Source: Trichinella spiralis
Taxonomy: Eukaryota
DNA length: 64,000 nt
Reading direction: 5' to 3'
Assembly (NCBI RefSeq): GCF_000181795.1
Contig: NW_003526943.1
Coordinates: forward strand, 1-64,000
The position numbers and the translations under genes were made by a program. Positions 10,855 to 24,160 of the stretch are shown in pieces (position 1 is the first letter of the stretch; the number at the start of each line of letters is the position of its first letter). The notes under the pieces were generated by a model that did no database searches, had not been told where the DNA came from, and worked only from the letters and a program-made list of their open reading frames with translations.

Positions 10855-13681
10855 ATGGCGCATAATTTCCGCTTATTGTTCAATCCACTAGTTATATCTG
10901 CAAGACAGGCGCACCGACGATTGTATTTCCCATTTTCTTATTTCTCTAGGTTTGACGGCAAAGAGTTGAGGCATCGTAAGTCATTAAAGTGAATTGAAGG
11001 ACATGAAAAATAGTTTATTTAATTTTAGAAAGACAAAGTTTTCTGTTGCTCCGTGATTTTCATTTCACGTCAACAAAATTCGCAGAAAAGTTGGACTACT
11101 ATGAAATTCTTGGTGTTCCTAGGAATGCTTCTGCTAAAGACATTAAAAAGGCTTATTATCAGGTATAATCAGGCATAAAGTATGTCAGATTATGTGAGGG
11201 TTAACAATGTTTTATATTAAATTTAGCTAGCGAAAAAATATCATCCTGATGTGAACAAAAATGACCCTCAAGCGGCACGTAAATTTCAGCAAGTTTCTGA
11301 AGCATATGAAGTAAAAGTTTTTTTTTTGACATTTCTATGCAAATCATTTGTAATATAAACAGGTATTGAGTGATGAAAATAAAAAGGCACAATATGATCA
11401 GTGGGGTAGTACAGATTTTGGTGCAACAAGCAGCGGTTCAACTTCAAGTGGTCATAATTGGCAAGGCTTTCATTCTACTATTGATCCTGAAGAATTGTTT
11501 CGAAAAATTTTTGGCGACATTAAAATGGGACAGAGTAATGCCGATTTTTCAGGGTGGAATTTTGATGAATTTGCAGAATCGAAATTTGGCTTTGGTTCAA
11601 CTCAAGAGGTATAAATTTATAGTATTGTAATATATTTTTGAAAGTATTGATTAAATAATAATTTAAAATTTACGAATTTGGTCTATAAGAATATTTTTGC
11701 AGCTTCATGCATGATATAAAAGATTTCACAAAAATAAACAAATTCTGTAAATGAAAATATCTATTTAAAAATTAGGAATATTATGGTTTATTTGTTATTT
11801 AGTATGTTATGCATTTATCTTTCCAAGAAGCCGCTAAAGGCGTAACTAAAACAGCTTCAATCAATACGGTAGATGTTTGCCAGAAATGTGGTGGAAAGAA
11901 GACTGAACTTGGTTACAAAATGGTTTCTTGTCCGTACTGTAACGGAAGTGGAATGGTAGATACTGACTTTTCTTTTTATCAGTTCAACTAGTGCACTTTT
12001 TATTTCAGATTTATTTATTGTTAATTATATATTTTTTAAAGTTAAATTTGAATTTTAAAAATAAATCATTGTAAAGTGAAAATTAATTTTATGCTTATAA
12101 TCGCAGATGATACTACTACTGTAGTATTTGAAGTTAATGAAGTTCATTTGCAAATAAGTTTTTTTTTTTAAATAATGAATCATGGTTGAATGTTAATGTT
12201 GGTAAAACAGAATGTGAAATTTTAGTTGATTAAATTTATTGATGTTAATTTGTTAATTTTTAAGGAAACATTCTCTCAAGGGCCTTTTATTATGCGGCAA
12301 ACTTGTAGAAAATGTAGTGGTACAGGACAGTTTAATAAAAATCCATGCTTAGAATGCGAAGGTACAGGACATACTGTCCAGCGAAAGACTATATCAGTTC
12401 CAGTTCCAGCTGGTAAATGGCGACAAAAAATTATTTTATTTTATTTTATTTCATTGCATATTATTGATTTATTTTGAGGAGTCGAAGATGGTCAAACTTT
12501 ACGCATGCAGGTTGGGAAAAAAGAATTGTTTATCACTTTTCGAGTGAGTTTCTTCTTAACTTTTTTGTCTTTATTATGTGCAGTTATTTTTTACAGGTTA
12601 GTAAAAGTGATATTTTCCGCCGAGATGGAGCAGACGTTCATACAGATGTATCAATTAGTGTTTCACAAGCGATTTTGGGTGGTACTGTACGAATCCCGGG
12701 AATTTATGAAGATGTCTATCTTCAGGTTATAAGATAAAAAGTTGTCTATTTAAATTGGATCTTGATTATAATTTAGATTCCTCCCGCGACTTCATCGCAC
12801 TCACGTTTGCGTGTAGCTGGAAAGGGTATTAAAAAAGTAAACAGTTATGGCTATGGTGATCATTATGTTCATGTGAAAATCGAAGTTCCTAAGTATGTTC
12901 ATATAACGTAGATGTTGAAATTTTTTTCGTTTTTATTTCTGATTTTTTGTAAAGTATCGTTTAAAAAATCTGCAGTGTAGTAGATAAATGCAATGCAAAT
13001 AAATGTATGTTTTTCTTGCAGTTTCGAGTAATTACTGTTCAACATTTTTTATTTTTTGAGGAAATTATCAGATGCTCAGAGGGCCATCATCATGGCATAT
13101 GCGGAAATGGAAACCAACACTCCAGGAACAATTCGTGGTGTAACCACAACTGCAGGTGGTATGTTAAGTAATAATGGGGAAGTTGTGTAAAAATGTAAAA
13201 ATTATATTTTTACATTATAAAAGAATATCAAATGATAAATTGCCAATAATTTGAAAAATTGTTCAAATATGCTACAGGTATTAATGATTGTGCAATTAGT
13301 TAGTGAATGATTAAAAATTACAAAAGTAAAAAGCCAAAATTTTATTTTTGTAGTTTGCTGAGTAAGCCAGGCATTCTTCATTATTATTTTTATAGATCCG
13401 CGCGTAACCAAGGCAACTAATGTAGACGCGAATAATAGTGGAGTGTCTGGCTTTCTCAGCAAAGTAAAGAAGACCCTTTTTGGGTAAATAAGTTTTTTTT
13501 GAGTGTGTTTCAGGAATGTAAATTAGTTAAATTATTTAATGATGTTAATTTAGGTGATAAAGTTTGCGCCGAAGATCCGAATGGTTATGTTGCTGGAATA
13601 AGAAAAATTTTCAATTCATCTGCTGAGGAAAATGGAAGTGAAAAGAAGGACAAAGCTGAAAAAGAGAAACCAGGATCGTAA
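10855..13681 (+). CDS. DNAJA3: mitochondrial DnaJ/Hsp40 type A (Tid1/DNAJA3), with two alternative C-termini
   Basis: Arg-rich presequence (MAHNFRLL...RDFHFTS), J-domain DYYEILGV...[26 protein letters not shown], CxxCxGxG zinc-finger repeats, C-terminal [11 protein letters not shown] and [18 protein letters not shown]. Confidence 0.93.
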
Positions 13682-16600
13682 AGAACTGATACCTGAAAAA
13701 AAAATATTTTTTTGAATTGTTTCTGTAAGGATATTAAAAATTGTGAGTAGCGGTTTTTTGAAAATATATTTGTGAAATTAATGAAATATAATGTGTTGTT
13801 TCATGAAAAATTTTTCAAAGTTTAGTTTTATAAAAAGAAAAAATTGAGGTACGCATTAAGTAAGAATTGAAACGTTTAATCACACAAATGTCGCTTAGGC
13901 AGTTGTTATAAAATTTCAAGTTTAGCTTTAACTTTTAATTGAATTACATTACATATGATTAATTGTAAATGAGCATTATAGTGAATTGAATATAGCTTTG
14001 CTTTAATAATTGTAAAGTAATATATATGTATGTAAAAATGTGCGTTTGAAGTGCGAAAACTGTTGTTAAACGTAGAGTGCAATGTTTCAGTTGTTGTTTT
14101 CAGAACTTGTAATAATTTTGAATATATAATGCATATAATTGCACATAAATATGGTGGCAAGAAATGAATAATGAATAAATAGATAATTGATGTTTGAAGG
14201 AATAAGTAATCCAATGATTTATTGATTGTAAGAATTGGAAGCTTTTCCATTGGTCAGTTTTGTTATAAAAAGGAGGATGGTGATTGCAAAATAAATATTA
14301 CAGCGATATAATTGTGTGGTCCTTGTTGTGAAGTGAAAATAAAATTTTGATTTTACATGCATCAATATATTTGGGAAGAGCTAGATGAAGTGATTCAATA
14401 TTTATTTGGTATGATTTAATGTATCTAATGCAAAAAGTTGAAAAAGTAGTGTACATTTTTGTTTTGCATTTCAACGTTGCATGTTTCGTTTTGCATAGCA
14501 AAAAACAACTTCTCATAACATAATGCAGTGAATATATTATTTTAATTTATGTCGTAAAATGTAAAAATAGTTTTTGTAAAAAGCTGATAGATTGCAAACT
14601 GAAATTAGTACGTGTAATTTGCTCATTGTTTTATTTTTATTAAGAAAAAATTTGTGAATTCTATATGTTATAGATATTGTCAATATCTTTATTTTTCTGT
14701 AAAAAAATGGATGCTGCTTCACTTTCCAATGTAATATTTATCCTGCTTTTGTTGTAAAATTCCATAAATATAAAATTTTGTTTTTTAATTAATAAATTCT
14801 ATTTAATAATTTTAATAAAGTTTAAATATATTTATTTTTCCGGTTTTGGAGAATGTTTTCGCAGAAAATATTAAGTGACACTAGTGTTCTCAAAGATTTA
14901 TTCGTCAGTAATGTTATTAATATTCAAAAAATTGAAATTAATGATTATGTGTAAAATTTTATTTTTAAATGAACAAATTAATGATCAAAAATATTAGAGG
15001 CAATGTTTTTCTTTTTGAAATCTACCTTATTAAGTTTAGCAAAGCAGCGTTCGTTAACACTGATTGATCGATGATAATAATTGAAGACTTAATAATGCAT
15101 TTACTATTTTTCAAAAAAAAAGTTCTCAATTTGATAAATTTTTAATAACGTAAAAATTAAAATTGTAAAAAGAATTTTATAAGTAAAAAAAGAAAAAGAT
15201 TGATGCGCTTAATCAATAAGGAAGCATAAGTTTATTATAGTTTTATGAAATAAAATTTTCTACTTTCAAATAAAATTATAAGTATAAATAAAATGCACTT
15301 TTTTGTGAAAAACTCTTTCTGTTTTTTCTTTTACTTTAAGCATGCAGTTTTGAAATACCTCAATAAAATGTGCAATTGTGAAGTTGATTTATTTCGTCTA
15401 TGATGTATGACTTGGTACATTTTGCGCATATTGTAATTTTACCACTTTGAAGTGATTAGGAAATAAGTAAATTTAATTTTAAAAAAATATTGAAAATTTT
15501 AATTAGAAAAACCTTTCAGTATTGATTGATGTAATAATTTGAGAATTTAAGACATGTTATTATTACAATTTTTTTTCAATGATTAACATAAAATAATATC
15601 TACAAAGTTTGTTAAATAATAAAAAAGAAAAAGATGATATTGTTCTGTTTGATTAATATTTATTGAACTGAAAATTTTTTCACTGTTCAAAAGAGCAGTT
15701 ATAATTGTAGTAATAATAATTATTATTAACAAATTGATGAACAAAAAGCATATTTTTATTTTTGTTGTTAATCATAAATAGCATAAAATTTGGTAAATTG
15801 TTAGTTTTATTATCTGCTTGTAATGTTGTTCGAGAGAATTGTTGTGTTGTCATTTGTCATTTGGCCGTTATGAATTAAAGTTAGAGTAGGAAATCGATTC
15901 GAGAGCAGAAAAGATGCAGCGAAATGATGTTTGTCTTTTATTAAAATTTATTCTGCAAAAAAAGCCAAAACTTGAAATAATAATGTGATAGAACTTTACA
16001 GATGACATACATGCACATTCACTGTTATTTGCATGCAATTCATTATTCATTTTGCAATATTCTATTTAAATTTTATTGCATTGTACATTTGTCATTGCCT
16101 GCTTTTTTATTTTGTATTTTTGAATGCATTTTACAAACTGGAAAAACACATCTATTCATTTATTTATTTTTTAAAAATATAACAAATCTACTTGATTCTT
16201 TTATTTAGAAGGAGAAAACTTTTTTCCTTATTCTTTTGAATAAGCGAAAATGATGGAAAAAATGCTTCTGTTCAACGCAAGCAAAACTGATCTATTTCAA
16301 AAATTAAGGTAATTTTCAATCTGCTTTTTTTAATTGAAAAATATGCTCATTCTGTAAAAAATTAAACTTATATATATATATATATATTTATTTATTTATT
16401 TATTTTATTTATCATTTATTGATAAATTATTTAAATTTTATTCACTAGTTTTATTGAAAATATGATGAATTTTTAAAATTTTTTAAGTAATGTTTTTAGA
16501 TCTGTACAAGCTTTTAAAAGTAAAACAATCTTTCGAATAACGGATTATTTAATTGCAAAATTTCAAAAATTGGAAACTTGATTGATTGCAAGGAAAACTG

Positions 16601-16803
16601 AATAACCAACTAAATAAATAAATAAATAAACAAATAAATTGATAATTAGAAACAACAATTATTTTTGCTGCTGCTATTTTTTTCTATCAACTGACAATGT
16701 GGAAATTACTACTATATTTATTATAAATGGAAAAGTGTATATATAATATAATATAATATAATATAATATTTATTTTTAATTTAATTTAAAAAAATAGAAT
16801 CCA

Positions 16804-17100
16804 ATGGAAGAACAATCCTTGAATTTCACTGCTTACATAAAAGCTACTGATGATGTTGATAACAATGCATATGAAAGCAGCTTTTTGGAAAATGCACACC
16901 AGCTGATTGGTCGAATAGAACTGGGAGCAAGAATTTTCAGTTGGATTGCTATTTCTATATTTGGTATTTGTTTCATTTCACTTATTTTCATCCACTGGCG
17001 ATCTATATCCCATCAAAGTTCTTCTTCGTGTGCTACAAAAATGGACAATGACAAATCATTGCATCCTGTTGATCAGCCTCAATGCAGTGAATTTTCATAA
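16804..17100 (+). CDS. hypothetical 98-aa single-pass membrane protein
   Basis: Open frame just after an AG acceptor. It has an acidic N-terminus with an N-F-T sequon and one hydrophobic segment (IFSWIAISIFGICFISLIFIHW). No homolog recognised. Confidence 0.45.
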   Translation: MEEQSLNFTAYIKATDDVDNNAYESSFLENAHQLIGRIELGARIFSWIAISIFGICFISLIFIHWRSISHQSSSSCATKMDNDKSLHPVDQPQCSEFS

Positions 17101-18406
17101 TTGCATTGATCAATTAATTGAATTTTTTTTCATAACAAAAAGATGAAAAAAATTCTGTCAATCATAATTCATATTTTTGATTTTTTAATCTGCACTTATT
17201 CGAAATGATCATTTTCCCAGCAGAAGAAAATAAATACTTGTAAATAAAGACTTGAAGGAAGTGATTGATGCGAGTTCTTTTTTTTTATTTTTGTTTGTTT
17301 GAAATTTTCATTTGCATCAGGCCAACTATGTATGACATGCTATTTTTCATCGTAAAATACTTTCTGAGATATTCATATATGCAAATATGAATAATAATCA
17401 GAGCATTGAAGTCAAATTGTTAACATGTTCTGTTAGCATCCGGCACAAATCACCATGGATTGCATATAATATTTTCATTACGGCATATTTGTTCACGACC
17501 AATTGATTTTGTCACTTCTTCAAATCGGGCTTAATGCAGGCAGATGTATGCGCTGATGAAAAGAATTGATTTTAAAAGAAGCAAATGTAGTATATAGAAA
17601 AATCTGCAAGAAAAAAAAAGAAATAAAGAAAAGCAGAGAAGATTTATCTATCGATCGAGCAAGTTTGAAGAGAAGAAAAAATTTTTATTATTACATTATA
17701 TTTATAGAACATTATTAGTTATTCCAAAAATAAAATGCCCAAACTCGTACATACATACATATACTGTGCCTAATAAATTCTTCATTACTACTTGTTTATT
17801 GAAATAATAAAAATGATTCATTTCATTTCATTTTACCTATACATTTCTTTTAAGCAAATTAACATTTCTTTTACTTCACATACTGTTTATTTACATTTGA
17901 AAAATTGCACTCAAAGTTCAACAATATATATTCGTGCAAAGATGTTATAAATGTAAAAATTCGTTACTTATTAAAATCTTCACAAATATAAATATTCTGT
18001 AAATCAAGAAAATACAATACAAATATACTTTTGTTTGATCATACTTTCAACAACACCATCGTATGTATACAATTTTCAGGAAGCAAGTAAAATACAATAG
18101 AAAAAAATTTAATTTGAAAATAAAATTAATTCATTGAAATTATTCATTTAAAAATAATTTCATACACAAACTTTTTCTTCTTATATTAATGGACAAAAAA
18201 TACTCAACAAAATTTATTTAACAAATAATCCAGTAAATTACATTTTATTACGTGCACAGCGCATTTCAACTTTCTCTTCACATTTTCAGTTTAACCGAAA
18301 ATAAATCACAATATGCATAATAGTACAATAAAAGTAATAAATAACAGAAAGCAATGTTTAAAAAAACACCACCCCGGCTTCTTGTTGAAATTATTCACAT
18401 ATTCAA

Positions 18407-19339
18407 TTAATCTTCAAATAACATGGATACTAATTCTTCACTGCAGCACTGCTCTTCAACAAGTCGTTTCTCCTGCAAATGTTGTAACGTAAATAAAGTA
18501 ATAAATATGTCAAAATATGCAAAAATTAAATAATTATCAACTATTAAATTACCAATATTTCGATATTATTTCTACATTTTAAACTTTCAGATATTAATGC
18601 TCATTCATATATTGACTTTACATTAAATAATATACACCAATCAAGTATGCCATATATCGAATACCATGCATGCACTGCAAATTTAAAAGCTATTTCTAAA
18701 AATTACATTAATCATATTTATTACGTAAAACGGATAAAATAAAACGTACTGTTCCCAGTTTCATCAAAGTTGGAATGGCAGTAATGTGAAATGTTTTGTC
18801 CGTACGAAATTCATTCTCCGGATTTTTCCACCTACACAATAGACCCTTATGAACAGTAGAGTTTTGCGTAAATTTAAATTTACGTAGAGCGATCACCGAC
18901 ATCACAACGAATAAGAACAGAATCAGCATCAAGTTTTTCTGCATATTTTTCGATAATTTTATCAGCTGAAATTCAACTGCACCATTAAACATTTACTACA
19001 TTTTTAATTACTTTATATGAATAGCATCTTAAGAAACTAAAGTGGCATTTTCTTAATTCTTTTACGACTACATAATGCTATAATTATATAATAAAAACTG
19101 AGTCAACAGAAAAAATTCTGCTGCATACAACAATGCAGGTGCAATAAATATTTTTCAAAGCCATTGTGATACCTTCAAATAAGTGAGCAATGCATTAACT
19201 TACCCTTAACACAATCTGGACACCAGCTTTTACCAAAACTGTCCTTACTACCAGTGAAAAGCAGAAAAACCACTTTCCCTTTTAGACGATCAATTTCTGC
19301 TAACAAAGACTGGTAACCTTTCAAATCTTTAATTGGCAT
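18407..19339 (-). CDS. TXNDC17: thioredoxin domain-containing protein 17 (TRP14); 4 coding exons
   Basis: [23 protein letters not shown]...CDVGDRSTWKNPENEFR...ITAIPTLMKLGTEKRLVEEQC...SMLFED*. The WCPDC active site and downstream motifs are typical of TXNDC17. Confidence 0.93.
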
Positions 19340-19556
19340 AGCAAACTTAAAATTCACAAATATGCATCTGTATTATATATGCTGTTCACTATCACTTTAT
19401 ACAGTGTCAATTTAGTTAAAGAATAAACTGACAACATGCAAAACAAAAAATTCTAAAAAACATGAATGCTCAGCTGATCAATGTACAGCCATATCCTTTA
19501 TAAGAAGAACATGTTTTAGTTCTAAAACAAATTTATTTCTGTAATTCAGTTTCAAA

Positions 19557-21014
19557 TCAAGCAAGATATAAATACATGCTTTGAACAGCCATATCACCAA
19601 GTAACTCAGCATATTCTTCAACTTCACTGTCTTTTTGAAGACCCCGAGTTGAACAATATGTGCTATAATCAGTTGCAATTAAATTATTTTCTAAATTATG
19701 CCATAAAGTCAATATGAAATTCTTCGATGCAAACTTGTGTCTTTTCGTTTCACCAGAGGAAAATTTGTAACAATTTCCCAAGTTCAGCATGCTGAAACAC
19801 GCCTCAATTGGAAACCAATTGCACGTTTCGGTACAAAGTAAAAAGCTGGGATGAAAATTGCCCTTGTATCGCATTTTGGGACAATTATGGATGTAGTAGC
19901 CCATGTAGTAAAAATGCAGCTGTGGAATTATTTTTGCCAGGTGACGAGTAAGTTCGATCTCTTTCATAGCTGAAAAGGTTCCAAGGGATAAAAATTTGTA
20001 AAAAGGATCATAATAGAAATATTTAGATGAAATACAATTCGGCAGGATATCTAAAACACCAACTGCAATTATTTTCCCATCCAACCAATACTGACAATGA
20101 TACGAGCCAAAGCCAAGTTCATTGGTTGCGTTTGGAAAATTTTCCGCAATTAAAGGCGACTCGCATAAAAATTCACGGTATTTGCGTTCCGACCACGAAC
20201 AAATGCCATCATTATGAATAGCCATTTGGTATTTTTTAAAAACTTCAAAACTTTCTGCAAATGTGTCATTAAAATCACTCGATGCAGGAGACGAACGAAT
20301 CATTTTAACATAAAAACAATGCTTAAATGTTTTGTTTTCATCCGAAAAACGAATGTAATCTTCTAAACTTTTCACCGGAGGTTGCTTTTTAATCCAAGTA
20401 GATGGATCGATCCCTTTCTCTTTTAATTTCAAAAGTTTTCTCTGTCGACGTCTGAACTTTGCTTTCTTTTGCTTTTTCTCACTATATCCACATTCAAAAC
20501 CGCTCGTTTGCCCTCCGTCTACCTGTTTTAATGTGCATACCTGCGTATTTTCCGAATCCAAAACGGGCGCTCGATTGCAATCACTCATTATTAACCGTAT
20601 AGAACATTCTGCACCTTTATCAAGCGTTCTGCCATTTGTCACATTTTCAACAGTAAAAAATTCTTCCGATGGATCTTTATATTGAAAAGAATCACATCTC
20701 GGTTGTTTAAATTCCCCAGTAAGTAAAAAACGCTCAAAACGCTTCATTACCCTTTTCTGGCTTCTTGACGGCCGAAATTCCAACGCATCGCATCTGATGG
20801 TATGAAGAGTGCAGCAGCTTTCTTCGTGAATTGGTTTGTAACAGTAATGACCCGAACGGCGCCATCCTTTGTCCAACATTTTTTGGTAATGGGTAACATT
20901 TAACTGATAAGCCCACATTCCGTAGCAGCATTTTCCAGAGCCAGGCACCGAGCAGTAATTACAAGAAGAACTCTTACTTTTACCAAAATATTGTACAACA
21001 CTTCTACCATTCAT
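19557..21014 (-). CDS. ATE1: arginyl-tRNA--protein transferase 1; single coding exon, 485 aa
   Basis: N-terminal CNYC, GWRRSGHYCYKP...CC..HTIRC, KKYQMAIH, GSYHCQYWLDGKIIAVGVLDILP, SLGTFSA, YYMGYYIHNCPKMRYK. Confidence 0.97.
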   Translation of the reverse strand: MNGRSVVQYFGKSKSSSCNYCSVPGSGKCCYGMWAYQLNVTHYQKMLDKGWRRSGHYCYKPIHEESCCTLHTIRCDALEFRPSRSQKRVMKRFERFLLTGEFKQPRCDSFQYKDPSEEFFTVENVTNGRTLDKGAECSIRLIMSDCNRAPVLDSENTQVCTLKQVDGGQTSGFECGYSEKKQKKAKFRRRQRKLLKLKEKGIDPSTWIKKQPPVKSLEDYIRFSDENKTFKHCFYVKMIRSSPASSDFNDTFAESFEVFKKYQMAIHNDGICSWSERKYREFLCESPLIAENFPNATNELGFGSYHCQYWLDGKIIAVGVLDILPNCISSKYFYYDPFYKFLSLGTFSAMKEIELTRHLAKIIPQLHFYYMGYYIHNCPKMRYKGNFHPSFLLCTETCNWFPIEACFSMLNLGNCYKFSSGETKRHKFASKNFILTLWHNLENNLIATDYSTYCSTRGLQKDSEVEEYAELLGDMAVQSMYLYLA

Positions 21015-24000
21015 TATTCATGTCTAATTAAAACTGCCAAATGTCAGCATGAAGAAATCACTTATATGATAAGCAGGAATTATTTGTTTCACTTAAATTT
21101 CAGAACGAGAGTTAATTGTTTCAAATAATATAAAATTTATATTATTGCATTTCTTCAAATTTTGGACTTATTTAATGTATTTGAAAATGAATTTTATAAT
21201 ATTTATAGAAAAGTTTTTTAAAAATGCTAAACTATTCCCGTGAAGTATAGAATAAAACTTCATTAAAAATTATTAAAAATATTTAAACAGTGCCACCAAT
21301 TTTTATAAATATTAATACTTTTTTTCTAAAAAATTTTTACAAGAGGTACGATAATTAAATAATAAAGCTTGCTTTATTCATACTGTAGCATTCGAGTTTT
21401 TGCTTTGTGTAAAAGTAACACTGCATTATTAGCTCTTTGTTTTCTGTTTTATCAACTCAGTTCTATGTGATGGATGTGTCAGTTGTTTTACAACCATTAA
21501 ATAGGTGTGTATGTTCCACCTTTTATCAGCTGATATTACTGCAACACATTTTTTTCAACGTTACTTTTGTTATTTTCTTATTGCAGTGTATTGTGAATAT
21601 TTCTTATAAAGCTTTCAGCATTGTTCTTTTTGATAGAACAAGATTTCCGTGCATAGTTATATAAAATTAACTGATGTAAATTTGACTGATTTAATTTTTT
21701 CAAAACTTTGAATTTATCTGCTTAACTAAACTGAACTGCAAATACGACATGAAACCGTATCTTTTAATGTTTATTGATTTTGTTGAATTTTGCTTGTTGT
21801 ATTCTGATACGAAAATGTTTCTTACATTTTTTCCAAATGAACACTAATATTTTTGGATCAATAGTAGGTTTTTTCTATTCTGCATTGTTTTTTTTTTGAA
21901 TTATCATGATTTGTTTCATTAATGCAGACGAGATGGTTTACAAATCGTGTAGTGGATAACCTTTTGCTTTCCTTTTTGGTAATTTCTTTAAAAACGTAGT
22001 AAACGAGAATCCTTCAGAGAGTATTGAAATCCAAGATAAAAATTGAAACAAATGTGTAATGATTTTTTGAATTGATGCTGTTGTAGATTTATCTGAGCAA
22101 ATGCACGTATACATGAAGTTTTATAGCATTTTAAGTATATACTGTTTTTTTTATTAAATTTTTTCTGCAAACGATACCTATTTTTATGGGATGTCAAGTT
22201 TGCTACCACGACAGTATGTTTCAGTTGATAACATATTGTGCTTTAAAATTCACTTTTAATATTTTTGAAATTTTTTGTAAGTGCAATTTTTAATTGTAAT
22301 GTTCTTCTAATTTGCTTTGCATTTAATGTTTTTCTACCTTTATTTTGCATATATACAAATTTAATGTAAGAGGAAATTTGCAACATTGCTAAGTGAAGTC
22401 AATTGCAAAATTCGTGTGTGTCACTTCAATGGTTTTTTCATTCAAAATAATGTCATAATTAAATTATATTGGCAAAGATGCTATGCTTATTGATTTATGA
22501 AGAATTTTATAGTTTAATAATAGGCTCTGTTATTTGTAAGATAGGCATTTATTTTATACTTGAATAAGATGGCATCAGTGAGTTGTTTATTAAAAAAAGT
22601 TTTACTTTTTTTAAACAGTTTGCAGTCTGTGGTTTTTGGGGCGTTTATTAACGTAACTTTTTTTAAGTATGTTTTTCACTTGAATTTAAATATGAATTAC
22701 CACTAAAAGATTGAAAGAAAATGATTGAGAATAAGAAGTGATTTTTTAACATATAAAAATGATATTTGTTTTGAAATGTTGAATGTTAAATTTAATTATT
22801 TTGATAATACATAAATGTATTTTTTTTTCTAATGCATGATTAAAAGAGTGATTGCTAAAATAATTGTTTGTTGCAATTCAGTGAATTTATTTGAAATTTA
22901 TTGCTAATTATATATATGTGGTTAAACAGTTTTCACAAATGAATTATTATATATTGGTTTTTATATTGAAAATGTATTTCAAATTGTCAAGAATCCTTCT
23001 GTTTTTTGTTGTATGAAGTAGTATACGAAGGGATTTCTGTTCCAGATTTATTTGCTATAATGCATTTTCTTAAAAAAATAAGTATTCAAGCTCAGCAAAT
23101 AATAGGAGGTAAATGTAATTGAAGTTAGCCTTTTATTAACACTATGGTAAAATTATCATAATGTTATTTACTTTTATTTTATTCAAGTATGTTTAATTTT
23201 ATTGCGCTGTTTGCTGTTATTGATATAATATATACTTGCGTGCTAAATTCATATTTAGTCCAATTTTGTTTAGAAATAAAAAAATAATATACAATATTAA
23301 TATGCTTAATTGAAAAACTTGATTCTTATTTGTATATGTGATTCAACGATTGCAACATATTTAAATTTAAATGAAATATTGTTGTTTCCTAGATGTTCAG
23401 ATCACTCAAGTTTTATTAAAATATGAGTAAGTATTAAGTTTGATTTTTTAGGGTTTGTATATTGTATTTACTGTATAATTAATCATATAAGTAAATTGTT
23501 TGAATCACTTGTATTGGTTTTTAATGCTTAGTTTTATGAAAAGTACAAAGAATTATCAGTTGGGATAAAATTTGCTGAATTAAAAATAATCAGCAATAAA
23601 ATATTTATTTTAATATATGCATAATATTTTTAAAGTAATAATTTTGAATGGAATTATTACTTATGTAACTTTTATTGTTTTATATATTCTGAATTAATAT
23701 TTTTGTCATAAATAACATTTTATTTGGAACTACTAGATTAAGGAATTGTTGTAATTTTATTATTTAGTTGTTTTTGTTAATAAATTTTGTGGGTAACTGT
23801 GGATTTTTGATTATGCTACTATATGGAATATTGAATACACAGATTTGATTAAGAGCAACTTAAAGTTGCATAGTCTTTTGATAAATTATAAAATCACGAG
23901 TGCGTTTAATAAAATGCAATTTTAAGGAAGCATTTTTAAAAAATTTTGTTTCATGAATTTTACTTCATTTATAAGATTTTTATTCAGTGATGTATTTAAG

Positions 24001-24160
24001 CAGTTTTTATAATATAAAAGCAGTGGAAACTACTAAAAACTGAAATAATTTATTGAATTGAAAAAACAAAATTCTGTTAATCTATTCATCATATTGTTTG
24101 TTTTATAATGTTTTGTTGTGCAGATGAATGTGAGCGAACTGGCTAATGTATGGTACGTCC

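Noticed and set aside
13906..16208. Several 60-114 aa ORFs in AT-rich intergenic sequence
   Set aside because: Low-complexity I/F/K/L/Y-rich translations without motifs or consistent splice structure.
19491..19499. Another ATATCCTTT (U12 donor-like) on the plus strand
   Set aside because: Antisense to ATE1/TXNDC17, with no upstream exon and no matching branch point or AC acceptor found.
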